Assembly (NCBI GenBank): GCA_964195395.1
Contig: CAXMPP010000001.1
Coordinates: 1-57,847, forward strand
Reading direction: 5' to 3'
Origin: an uncultured Thermodesulfobacteriota bacterium
GTDB lineage: Bacteria; Verrucomicrobiota; Verrucomicrobiia; Verrucomicrobiales; Akkermansiaceae
DNA: 57,847 bases
The notes below the pieces were generated by a model. That model saw only the letters and a program-made list of their open reading frames with translations. It made no database searches and was not told the DNA's origin. Shown in pieces: positions 21,353-30,508 of this stretch. A program made the position numbers and the translations under genes. Numbering within the stretch: the stretch's first letter is position 1; every line of letters starts with the position of its first letter.

Positions 21353-21376
21353 AGGCGGTCTTTTACGAGACCGCCT
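21353..21376. terminator. Hairpin between convergent genes (probable terminator)
   Basis: AGGCGGTCT...AGACCGCCT. Confidence 0.6.
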
Positions 21377-21971
21377 AAGAATTCAGCATCCTCAGTGCAC
21401 CTCGGAGGAGATCTTCGGCTGAAACGCTAGGGTCAGCAGCTGAGATAGCTTTGACTGCCCTACGAGCTTCCACCTGTTTGTAGCCTAGGCCGATGAGGGC
21501 CAACTCAGCATCATTCGATGCGCTTGGTGTGGCGTTTTCGCTCGCGACCTTCCAGCCATCGGCGACTCCCACTTTATCTTTAAGCTCTAACACCACTCGC
21601 TCAGCCGTCTTTTTTCCTAGACCTTTAATCTTAGAAAGCGTCGCCACATCATTGTTAACCACTGCCGCTTTGAAATTTTCCACAGCCATCCCACTGAGCA
21701 CAGCCATAGCAATGGCCGGACCAATACCGCTCACCCGATCAATGAGTAAGAGGAACATGTCGCGTTCAGCATCTGAGGAAAATCCATACAAAGTCTGAGC
21801 AGTCTCACGGATATGCAGGTGAGTGCGCAGGTCGATAGGATCTCCTTCTAGTGGATTCAGACGGTCATAAGTAGAGAGCGGAACGTGGACAAGGTAGCCA
21901 ACACCATGGACATCAATTACCAAACGATTCGGCAAAGCCTCTAATACATTTCCTCTCAAGCGTGCGATCAT
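21375..21971 (-). CDS. ruvA: Holliday junction branch migration protein RuvA
   Basis: MIA-L-G, V-GVGY, LYGF, VSGIGP, GLGKKTAERV-LELKDK, AL--LGY. Confidence 0.97.
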   Translation of the reverse strand: MIARLRGNVLEALPNRLVIDVHGVGYLVHVPLSTYDRLNPLEGDPIDLRTHLHIRETAQTLYGFSSDAERDMFLLLIDRVSGIGPAIAMAVLSGMAVENFKAAVVNNDVATLSKIKGLGKKTAERVVLELKDKVGVADGWKVASENATPSASNDAELALIGLGYKQVEARRAVKAISAADPSVSAEDLLRGALRMLNS

Positions 21972-22240
21972 AGCCGCAGCTTATAGCCGCCGAACGCCAT
22001 GAAATCCAGAGCTAAGACACGTAATAGTAAAAAAACTTAAGCTCTGCGTAATGATTCCACAAAACATTTTACTCTGCCAATAGGTGGCTAATACGCCTGT
22101 AAACCGTAGAAAAACTCTTAAATCATCGACTATTAAGATCACTTTCAACGGTTTTAGCTTGGCAGCTTCAACGCGAATTTATTAAATGTCGAAATTTGCA
22201 GTCGCCATCAACGCAAAAAAGTGCTATGTCACGCCTTGTT

Positions 22241-22537
22241 ATGGCAATTACTAAAAGAACTCGCTTCTCCCGTCGCGTCCCTGATCATGTGACTGATGAG
22301 ATTGTTTATGTCCTTGGAGCGGATGAACGCTTCTTTGGCTTCAACGACCTATTCGAGAGCGTTTTTGAACGTCTCAAAGCACGCAATGCCGTTAGCGGTG
22401 GAGAAGAAATGCTTCGTTTACGCGCTTACGAGAAGCTCCAGAACCTCGTCACTCGTGGCATGGTTGAAAAGCTAGGCAAGGAATATAAAGGCCTCGCACG
22501 CCTTCCTGAAGCACACAGCACATTCGAAGCTGAATAA
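22241..22537 (+). CDS. Small basic hypothetical protein, winged-helix-like
   Basis: Standalone ORF with its own terminator; helical pattern ending LQNLV-RG-VEK---Y. Confidence 0.8.
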   Translation: MAITKRTRFSRRVPDHVTDEIVYVLGADERFFGFNDLFESVFERLKARNAVSGGEEMLRLRAYEKLQNLVTRGMVEKLGKEYKGLARLPEAHSTFEAE

Positions 22538-22582
22538 TTTTGATCTTTCTGCTGGAATAGCAGGAACTCACACTTTAACTAT

Positions 22583-22614
22583 AACCCATGTTGATTCGTC
22601 AACATGGGTTTTTT
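22583..22614 (+). terminator. Intrinsic terminator
   Basis: AACCCATGTTGA-TTCG-TCAACATGGGTT plus TTTT. Confidence 0.9.
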
Positions 22615-22689
22615 AGTGCCGCTGAGGCGATTGCACTGCAAATCGAACACACACACACACAATTTCCAACAACCTTACTTCATACCGTC

Positions 22690-23061
22690 ATGCTCGAAAG
22701 TTTCTATCCCATTGTTCTTCAGGCCATTACAGCCATAGGATTCGCAGCCATCGCCCTAGGTCTCAGCGTACTACTAGGAAAGAAAGGTCGTCGCGATGGG
22801 GATAAAGATACCGTGTACGAATGCGGCATGCTCCCTATCAGCTCCAGTTCACCACGTTTTTCAGTGAAATTCTACATGGTTGCGATGCTCTTCGTCTTGT
22901 TCGATATCGAAGTTGTCTTCATGTACCCATGGGCTGTGCAATTCAAAGAACTCATCGTCGCGAGCAGCACGGCACTCTACAGCATACTTGGTTTTGCTGG
23001 CGTCCTAGCCGCGGCCTACATCTATGCGCTCAAAAAAGGCGCCCTCACATGGAACGAGTAG
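22690..23061 (+). CDS. nuoA: NADH-quinone oxidoreductase subunit A
   Basis: YECG, RFSVKFY-VAMLFVLFDIE-VF-YPWA, KKGAL-W. Confidence 0.95.
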   Translation: MLESFYPIVLQAITAIGFAAIALGLSVLLGKKGRRDGDKDTVYECGMLPISSSSPRFSVKFYMVAMLFVLFDIEVVFMYPWAVQFKELIVASSTALYSILGFAGVLAAAYIYALKKGALTWNE

Positions 23062-23255
23062 GACTCAGAACCTCAACGCTCTGCCGACCTACAACAGGCT
23101 CCCTCAGCCAATTTCGTCACCTAACAATGGCGTAATTTAATCTCAGCTACCCCATCCTGATCGTTAGCCTATTTATTGGCCAATTCTTCATTTATAAATG
23201 ACTATCTGAACTGAATCTTGCTTGCTCGATTCATCGACATAGACATACTGCGCGC

Positions 23256-26009
23256 GTGACTGATAAGAACCAGATACGCGAAAATTTACGTAGCGAAGGC
23301 TTCGAACTCATCGACAGCACGCTGTCGTTGTTAGTTGATAGCCTAGCAGATGCCCTCACCAGCTTGGGCGAAGATGACCTTTTACCCTTCCTTCCATGGC
23401 GCGGTGAGACACCAAAGTCTGACCCACCAGAAGGCATCCAACAGCTTTACTCCATTGGCTTCCAGCTTCTTAACATGGTTGAAGAGCGCGTGTCGTCAGC
23501 AATCCGTCGCGAGCGCGAAAAGGAACTCGGCGCAGACTCTATCCGTGGACTATGGGCTCGCTCACTAGGTGAGATGAAGAAGCTCGAAATGAGCGAAGAT
23601 CAGATCATCGAGGTCCTCAAGGACGTGCATGTAGAGCCAGTACTCACAGCGCACCCAACTGAAGCTAAACGCGCTACTGTACGTGAGCGTCATCGCGAGA
23701 TCTATCAAAACCTCGTCACGAGCGAGTACCCCAAATTTACTGACCGCGAAAAGAGCCGCCTCAAAACAAAGATCACAGCAGCACTCGAAGCCCTCTGGCG
23801 CACAGGGGAAATTCACGTCACCCGACCAGACCTCAACATGGAGCTACGCAATGCTCTGTATTACTTGCGCGAGATGTTCCCGTCCGTGCTCAGCCGACTC
23901 GACGGACACTTTACTGAAGCCTGGCGTGATGCTGGCTTCTCCATGAAAAAGCTAGAGAAAGCCGACGCCACACCACGCCTCACATTTGGCACCTGGATTG
24001 GCGGCGATAGAGATGGCCACCCACTCGTCACCCCAGAGGTGACTGAGCGCACACTCGGCGATCTCCGCAGTCACGCTTTTATCCTTCTCCGCAAGGAACT
24101 CAAGGAACTAGCCTTCCACCTCACTATTTCTAGCCAGTTCCAGGAAGTTCCAGCGGAACTGAAGAAGCGCATCGACTTGCTTCGACTCGATCTCAAGGAT
24201 CCAATTTGGGCAGGGAAAATCATCGAACAAAACCGCGATGAGCCATGGCGTCAGCTAGTCTACCTCATGCGTGGCAAGTTATTTGAAACAGCTAACAGCA
24301 CTGGTGGCTACCAAGGTCCAGAACAACTGAGCAAAGACCTTACCCTGCTAGAGTCGACCCTGAAGACCACTGGCTGCGACCACCTCATCGAGCAATACGT
24401 CACACCGCTCCGCCACAAGGTGAAAACTTTTGGATTCCACCTCGCCACCATCGATATCCGCCAGAACTCTGAGTACCACGACAAGGCACTCAGCCAACTT
24501 CTATCACGCGCTAACATCGAAGACGGAGCAAACTTCGCAAACTGGTCAGAAGAGAAGCGTTGCGCATTCCTCACAAAGGAACTCAAGACTACACGCCCAT
24601 TCATCCACAACCGCTGCAGCGCAGGCCCAGAGGCTGATTCAGTGCTCAACAGCTACCGCGTCATCGCCAAGCAACTCCACGATTGCGGCCATCACGGTAT
24701 CGGAGCATTCATCGTCTCCATGACACGTTCGGTTTCCGACCTCTTGGTCGTGTACGTACTCATGCGCGAAGCTGGTCTTCTCATCAATACTGAAGACGGA
24801 CTCGCCTCACCTATCGAAGTGGTTCCACTCTACGAGACAAAAGAAGACCTTGATGCGTCTGAAGGGTTGCTCACAGGATTCCTAGACCACCCAGTCACAG
24901 TCCGCAGCTTCAAACTTCGCTTCCAAGGCGCCCAGATATTCCAGCAAGTCATGCTCGGCTACTCCGACTCTAATAAAGATTGTGGTATCCTCACCGCCGC
25001 TTGGGCACTTCACCGAGCTGAAAAAGCAATGGTTGACGTCGCAGCTGAGCGCAACATCAAACTCGGCTACTTCCACGGACGTGGCGGCACTATCTCCCGC
25101 GGCGCAGGTCCTACACAATGGTTCATGGCGGCACTGCCTCACGGTTCCATGTCTGGTCACTTCCGTATGACTGAGCAGGGCGAGACGATTGCACAGAAAT
25201 ATGCAAACCTCTCTAACGCTACTTACAATGCTGAACTACTCGTAGCGTCCGCAGCATCCACAGCAGCGCAACACCAGTACGGCAAGAACACTGACGATCC
25301 ATGCATTCAATACGTTGCACGCCTCGCTGAAGGTTCAGAGGACGCCTATAAAGGACTCCTCAGCACCGATGGCTTCATCCCCTTCTACCGCGAAGCAACT
25401 ATCATCGACGCCCTCGAGAATTCACGCATTGGTTCACGCCCAGCTCGCCGCACAGGCAAGAAAGCCTTCTCGCTCGATGACCTTCGTGCGATCCCGTGGG
25501 TATTCTCATGGACTCAAGCCCGCTTCTACCTTCCTGGCTGGTTCGGCACAGGTTCAGCACTCAAGAAACTGAAAGACGAAAGCCCTCAGGACTTTGCTGA
25601 ACTCAAAGAGAACCTCTCTAAGTCAGTCTTCCTCACCTACGTTCTCACCAACGTAGAAACTAACCTAGCCTCTGCTAACCGCGAGCTAATGGAAAGCTAT
25701 GCAAACCTCGTCACCGATGAAGCTCTGCGCGCTAAATTCATGGAAATCATTCTCAATGAATTTGAACTCACCGGCGAGCTTCTCGCTGAGGTATTCAATG
25801 GCTCATTCGAGGAACGCCGTCCACGCATGAGCAAGACACTTGATATTCGTGAAGAACCACTCCAGGTCCTCCACAAGCAACAAGTCAAGTTCATCACCGA
25901 GTGGCGCGCACTGAAGGCCGCCGGCAAAGGCGAAGAAGCCGAAGTGCTCTTCCCTAGAATCCTACTCTCTATCAATGCAATCTCTAGTGGACTCCGCACC
26001 ACAGGATAA
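23256..26009 (+). CDS. ppc: Phosphoenolpyruvate carboxylase
   Basis: VLTAHPTE, WIGGDRDGHP, QVMLGYSDSNKD, FHGRGG, RMTEQGE, LRAIPWVFSWTQ, GLRTTG. Confidence 0.97.
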   Translation: MTDKNQIRENLRSEGFELIDSTLSLLVDSLADALTSLGEDDLLPFLPWRGETPKSDPPEGIQQLYSIGFQLLNMVEERVSSAIRREREKELGADSIRGLWARSLGEMKKLEMSEDQIIEVLKDVHVEPVLTAHPTEAKRATVRERHREIYQNLVTSEYPKFTDREKSRLKTKITAALEALWRTGEIHVTRPDLNMELRNALYYLREMFPSVLSRLDGHFTEAWRDAGFSMKKLEKADATPRLTFGTWIGGDRDGHPLVTPEVTERTLGDLRSHAFILLRKELKELAFHLTISSQFQEVPAELKKRIDLLRLDLKDPIWAGKIIEQNRDEPWRQLVYLMRGKLFETANSTGGYQGPEQLSKDLTLLESTLKTTGCDHLIEQYVTPLRHKVKTFGFHLATIDIRQNSEYHDKALSQLLSRANIEDGANFANWSEEKRCAFLTKELKTTRPFIHNRCSAGPEADSVLNSYRVIAKQLHDCGHHGIGAFIVSMTRSVSDLLVVYVLMREAGLLINTEDGLASPIEVVPLYETKEDLDASEGLLTGFLDHPVTVRSFKLRFQGAQIFQQVMLGYSDSNKDCGILTAAWALHRAEKAMVDVAAERNIKLGYFHGRGGTISRGAGPTQWFMAALPHGSMSGHFRMTEQGETIAQKYANLSNATYNAELLVASAASTAAQHQYGKNTDDPCIQYVARLAEGSEDAYKGLLSTDGFIPFYREATIIDALENSRIGSRPARRTGKKAFSLDDLRAIPWVFSWTQARFYLPGWFGTGSALKKLKDESPQDFAELKENLSKSVFLTYVLTNVETNLASANRELMESYANLVTDEALRAKFMEIILNEFELTGELLAEVFNGSFEERRPRMSKTLDIREEPLQVLHKQQVKFITEWRALKAAGKGEEAEVLFPRILLSINAISSGLRTTG

Positions 26010-26032
26010 ACCCTAGTTAGATTTAACTATCC

Positions 26033-26068
26033 AAAGAGCTCACAGCACCTTCGCCGTGAGCTCTTTTT
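26033..26068 (+). terminator. Intrinsic terminator of ppc
   Basis: AAAGAGCTCAC...GTGAGCTCTTT plus TT. Confidence 0.85.
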
Positions 26069-26252
26069 GCGTTGAAGAGTAAACTCAATTCCCGGCTGAT
26101 GAAGCTGCAGTAAATTCTAACCGCGAAAGTTTAGAAAGGTCGGTAGAATGAAACGATTTTTAACCGCAGATAAAGCACGAATAATAAAACGGAGGATCGC
26201 CGCACTGGTCCGGAAAATGGACTACTGCTAACTGGACATTTATGCACACAAT

Positions 26253-26282
26253 AAAGCCGAGACTATTACTAGACTCGGCTTT
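26253..26282 (-). terminator. Probable terminator of the metallophosphoesterase gene
   Basis: AAAGCCGAG...CTCGGCTTT. Confidence 0.7.
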
Positions 26283-26306
26283 GTTAAAAAACTTGGATGC
26301 TAGTTC

Positions 26307-27029
26307 TTAGCGACCCTGTGCGAGACGGTCAGCGAGGACCTTAGGCAGACCTGCTTCTAGAATCTTCTTTTGAGTCGTCTCGATGTCGTACTCTAGGCGG
26401 CGGAAGGTCACGGTCTTATTGTCCGTATCGTAGATACAGTAGGATGCTTTCCACTCTCCATCACGCGGCTGACCGACTGAGCCAGCATTGATGAAATACT
26501 TCATTCCGGGCTCGATAGCCACGGCGTCAGGAGTAACTTCCTGCACACGGGCACCGCGAACAAAGACGCGGGGAACGTGGGTGTGCCCGTGGAAACAGAC
26601 CTGAGTGAACTGGTAAGAGAAGTTCGACATCGCATCGAACTTATTGGTGACGTAGTTCCACACATTTGGTTGATCCAAAGTGGAGTGTACGATCGTAAAA
26701 TCTTCGACCTGACGGACCATGCGCATACGAGCGAGCCACTCACGTTGCTCAGCATTCAGCTGGTCACGTGTCCACTGCAGAGCCTCTGCGGCAGTTGGGT
26801 TCATCATCTCAAGAGAGTGCTCACCGCCGGCATCTTCATCATGGTTTCCTTTGACAACTGGGCATCCCATCTCGCGAATTTTATCAAGACACTTCACAGG
26901 GTCCGCATTGTATCCAACAACGTCACCAAGGCACACATAGCTATTGCAGCCCTGTTCGTCGGCATCAGCTAAGACGGTCTCTAGTGCTTCCCAGTTTGCG
27001 TGGATGTCTCCAAATAAAGCGATTTTCAT
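26307..27029 (-). CDS. Calcineurin-like metallophosphoesterase
   Basis: GDIHAN, LGDVVGY, KGNHD, GHTHVP, NAGSVGQPRDG. Confidence 0.93.
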   Translation of the reverse strand: MKIALFGDIHANWEALETVLADADEQGCNSYVCLGDVVGYNADPVKCLDKIREMGCPVVKGNHDEDAGGEHSLEMMNPTAAEALQWTRDQLNAEQREWLARMRMVRQVEDFTIVHSTLDQPNVWNYVTNKFDAMSNFSYQFTQVCFHGHTHVPRVFVRGARVQEVTPDAVAIEPGMKYFINAGSVGQPRDGEWKASYCIYDTDNKTVTFRRLEYDIETTQKKILEAGLPKVLADRLAQGR

Positions 27030-27167
27030 TATGAAATAGGTGGTTTCCCTAGGTTTGTCATCTAGGTACAGAAATGAATGCACGTAAGTCGTGGAAAGGA
27101 AAAGGAAAAAATGTGCCCACAGCCTCTTACTAGGCAGAAAGTGGTAAATCTGACATTTTTACAATCC

Positions 27168-28067
27168 CTAACGATCAACGGAGCTCATACGGTCCAACAA
27201 ATCCTGCATTCCGTAGCGTGGCTTATGGGTGTCATTATCTTTCAGATAGTTAGCTATATGCTTAAGAGCTTTGGACCTAGAGCCATAGAGCTGAGACATC
27301 GTCAGAGGGTCATCTAGCCTTACACGTGGATGTATTTGCAGGGCGCAGAGCCCATTGAGTAAAGATGGAAAGCGGTTGTTTGGCGACTCATCATAGATCT
27401 CTCGCCCCAAAATGTAGGCCTCATTAGCCTTCTCAGGAATTCTCAATAGAGTGTAGAATAAGTCACCACGTATCCTACGAACTTGACCCGAACTAAGCTC
27501 ACACTCAGCGAGAGTTGTTTGCAAAATCTGAGCAACCTTGGGGTAGTCCTCAATTTTATGTCGGCTCGACCACAAGCGAGCGCGCTCCAACCTCAAGTGC
27601 GCGTCATTAGGATTCGCCGCTATCCCCCTAGCATAGAGATTGTCGCCTCTACTGATATATTCTTCAAATAACTGCTTGGCTTGAAGTGGCGCTAATTCGT
27701 CATTTTCCAAACTTGAGGTCGAAGCATTGTAAGCAAGGTGCCATGCCCCTAGATCCCAATAGTAACCATTGTAGGGGTCGAGCAATACCGTGGTATCGAT
27801 AGCTTGTTCTAGGTTCTCCCAGTCACTATTCCCATGGTACTTGGTCGTAGAGAGAGCCGTAAAAGCTGCCAGCATCGGCCTCAGGCTACCGAAAGAAGCC
27901 ACAAAACCTTTTTGGCTAAGGCTCGCACGAGATTCCAGATCAAACGACGGTGAGAGCAAGTGCGCCTCGGTCAATTGCCGGCTGAGCTTTTGCTCAAATG
28001 GCATGCGCAGCCAGCCAACACAAGCGAGTACAGCGAGCACGACGAGGAATTTAAGTGCCGACTTCAT
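27168..28067 (-). CDS. Membrane-anchored helical-repeat (TPR-like) protein associated with an ABC transporter
   Basis: Translationally coupled to the permease; N-terminal TM; LDP---YW--GAW-LAYN and RGI-ANP. Confidence 0.75.
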   Translation of the reverse strand: MKSALKFLVVLAVLACVGWLRMPFEQKLSRQLTEAHLLSPSFDLESRASLSQKGFVASFGSLRPMLAAFTALSTTKYHGNSDWENLEQAIDTTVLLDPYNGYYWDLGAWHLAYNASTSSLENDELAPLQAKQLFEEYISRGDNLYARGIAANPNDAHLRLERARLWSSRHKIEDYPKVAQILQTTLAECELSSGQVRRIRGDLFYTLLRIPEKANEAYILGREIYDESPNNRFPSLLNGLCALQIHPRVRLDDPLTMSQLYGSRSKALKHIANYLKDNDTHKPRYGMQDLLDRMSSVDR

Positions 28068-28975
28068 TACAATTCCTTTCGCCTAAAGACAAACCAAGAG
28101 AGAACCGTATAGATCGCCGCATAGAGGACTCCAGCGAGACTCACGCGCCCTAATAAGGACCAGCTGATTCGCTCACCATTTATCACACCGTCCTCGATCC
28201 CCAATAATTTAAAATCAGGGAATAACAAAGAGATCCACCGGGTCATCTCTAACATCGGTGAACTCATTCCCAAGCTTTGTTGCTGGAGGAAGTAATCTCT
28301 GGCCTCGGCCTGAATAAGCCCAATGAGGACCACCACGACTGTGATAATAATCGTAAAGATAGTAGAGGTGGAAAAGGTGGAAACCAGCAAAGCGATGGAA
28401 GCCACCACTATAGCCTTTAGAAGCACGGCAATAACTCCAGCCTGCAGACTCCAAGTCACGCCTTGTTCACGAATGGCAGCCGCATGAGACTCAATAACTT
28501 CAGCCGAGCGCCCCATCCTCGTCAGTAAATCAGCCTGCTCCGCCACCATTGCCTCGACACGGATATTGAGAATCAAACAGAACAGCCCATCCATCACCAA
28601 CAAGCCAACGGTCACCAAAGCCACCACCCCCAGCAACTTACCAATCAAGTAGTCGAGCCGAGGTACCGGCTTGCATAAAATCGTGTAGAGCGTTCGGTCT
28701 TCCACATCCTTAGGCAACAACAACGCCGTCGCTGAAAGCGCCAGAATCACCGAGAACATATTCATCGCAAAGAAACCAGCCCCCTTCATCACTCTTAAGT
28801 TTTGCTCCACCGCTTTCACCGCACCGAGCGTGCTCATATCCACAAATTGACTGCCTAAGACAATCACCGCAAACACCACGAGAAAGTAAAAGACCTTCAT
28901 CCTTACTAACTGAGTAAAGGTGTGTCCAGCGATCACCGAAATGCGCGTGGCTGAGATGAATCCTATTTTTGACAT
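28067..28975 (-). CDS. ABC-2-type transporter permease
   Basis: DVEDRTLYTIL-KPV-R-DYL-GK, several TMs, C-terminal F-RKEL. Confidence 0.9.
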   Translation of the reverse strand: MSKIGFISATRISVIAGHTFTQLVRMKVFYFLVVFAVIVLGSQFVDMSTLGAVKAVEQNLRVMKGAGFFAMNMFSVILALSATALLLPKDVEDRTLYTILCKPVPRLDYLIGKLLGVVALVTVGLLVMDGLFCLILNIRVEAMVAEQADLLTRMGRSAEVIESHAAAIREQGVTWSLQAGVIAVLLKAIVVASIALLVSTFSTSTIFTIIITVVVVLIGLIQAEARDYFLQQQSLGMSSPMLEMTRWISLLFPDFKLLGIEDGVINGERISWSLLGRVSLAGVLYAAIYTVLSWFVFRRKEL

Positions 28976-28976
28976 C

Positions 28977-29846
28977 TTATCGGGCCTCCTCTCCGCAATG
29001 ATTTGCAATCTCTATAAATAAATTTTCCAAGCTTTTACGGGGAGCTCCGGAAGAAATGAGCTCACCGCCACCTCGTTCGATCACCTCCCGCACTTTAGCC
29101 AAAGTTACATCATCCATATCCTCTACCAAAAGCTCAGTATGGCTATCCACAGAGGTCAACTCCGAAAGACTTCCCTGCTGCACCATTTTTCCATTAAAGA
29201 TAATACCCACTGTATCACAAACCTCTTGCACCTGCTCTAGCAGGTGCGAGCACAAGAATACTGTAACGCCTTGCTCCTTTAGCTGAAAAATCAGATCGCG
29301 AATCAGTCTCGAACCGACGGGATCAACCCCCGCAGTCGGTTCATCTAGCACCAACAATTGAGGCTCTTGGATCATTGCTTGCGCTAAACCCACCCGCTGA
29401 AGCATCCCTTTGGAATACCCACCGAGACGGCGCTTGCGAGCGTCTTGAAGCGACACCAGCTCGATCAATGCATCAATCCGCATTGCCAACTGCTTGCCGC
29501 GCATCCCACACAGTCTGCCGTAAAACTTCAAAGTCTCCTCGGCCGTCTGGTGTTTATAAAAATAAGGGTTCTCTGGAAGAAAGCCAACGTGCTGTCGCGC
29601 ATCCACCTTCATCGAATCACAATCGAAGACCTTACACAGCCCACTGGTCGGAGCCACCAGACCTAACAAAGCTTTCATCGTTGTCGACTTCCCCGAGCCA
29701 TTGGGTCCAATCAACCCATAGACTTCACCTTGCTCAATGCGCAACGAAACCTCGTCGACGGCACGAAACATTTTTCGTCGGAATGACGAAGGATACTCCT
29801 TCACCAAATCAACAATCTCAACTGCAGCTACTTCCTTACCGGCCAT
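28977..29846 (-). CDS. ABC transporter ATP-binding protein
   Basis: GPNGSGKST, YSKGMLQR, LVLDEPT, CSH. Confidence 0.95.
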   Translation of the reverse strand: MAGKEVAAVEIVDLVKEYPSSFRRKMFRAVDEVSLRIEQGEVYGLIGPNGSGKSTTMKALLGLVAPTSGLCKVFDCDSMKVDARQHVGFLPENPYFYKHQTAEETLKFYGRLCGMRGKQLAMRIDALIELVSLQDARKRRLGGYSKGMLQRVGLAQAMIQEPQLLVLDEPTAGVDPVGSRLIRDLIFQLKEQGVTVFLCSHLLEQVQEVCDTVGIIFNGKMVQQGSLSELTSVDSHTELLVEDMDDVTLAKVREVIERGGGELISSGAPRKSLENLFIEIANHCGEEAR

Positions 29847-29961
29847 TCAGGCAAAAGCATACGTCTAGCAGAGTCGATGACAACCCAAATGCTACTTAGT
29901 CCGCAATCCGATTAGCTTTGCGGGCTAGAGAGAAGAGCACAACAAACTCCCCCCTCGATTA

Positions 29962-30258
29962 TTGATACTAAATAAGAACACACTAAAGGCCTGTAAATTT
30001 TTGATTTCACCCTCAGTACGCACTTTTACTGCCGTTCATATCGACACCAATGTCACCTCCGACCTCTCCGACATTCAGGAGATATCGATCCGCCATCTCC
30101 GCAAAGCGGGCAACCGGGACTATGACCCAATGGCCCCCAAGGGGAAAAACCTCACACTCTCCCAAACCATGGAGTTTCCCAAAGGGAGACACAAATGCCA
30201 GGTGATCATTCGAACAAAAAAAGGAGCCAATATTCAGGTGCCATTGGATCAAAATTGA
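29962..30258 (+). pseudogene. Possible gene remnant or short hypothetical ORF
   Basis: Weak TTG start; only the part from about 30030 reads like coding sequence. Confidence 0.3.
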
Positions 30259-30508
30259 CAGCCCATCACGTCTCGCCTACGCCACACACAAACGAGACCA
30301 ATAACGGCTGTGATAGACTGATATGCCATCTGGGTTCTCAATTTAAGAATGAGTGATTGAGCTCGAGGCCTTAGTTTTGAGGTTAACTCAAAAACCAATA
30401 TCTGTTAGATGACTCGATACTGCCAGAACCCAATGTTGACGCATGTTCGCTCAGAGAGTAGCAATTCTTTAGCACGATAAAAAATTTCACACTTTAACAT
30501 TCAAGAAA

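Noticed and set aside
1-26009. pckG and ppc in the same window as a dedicated carbon-fixation module
   Set aside because: They are about 22 kb apart, separated by unrelated genes, and commonly co-occur in genomes
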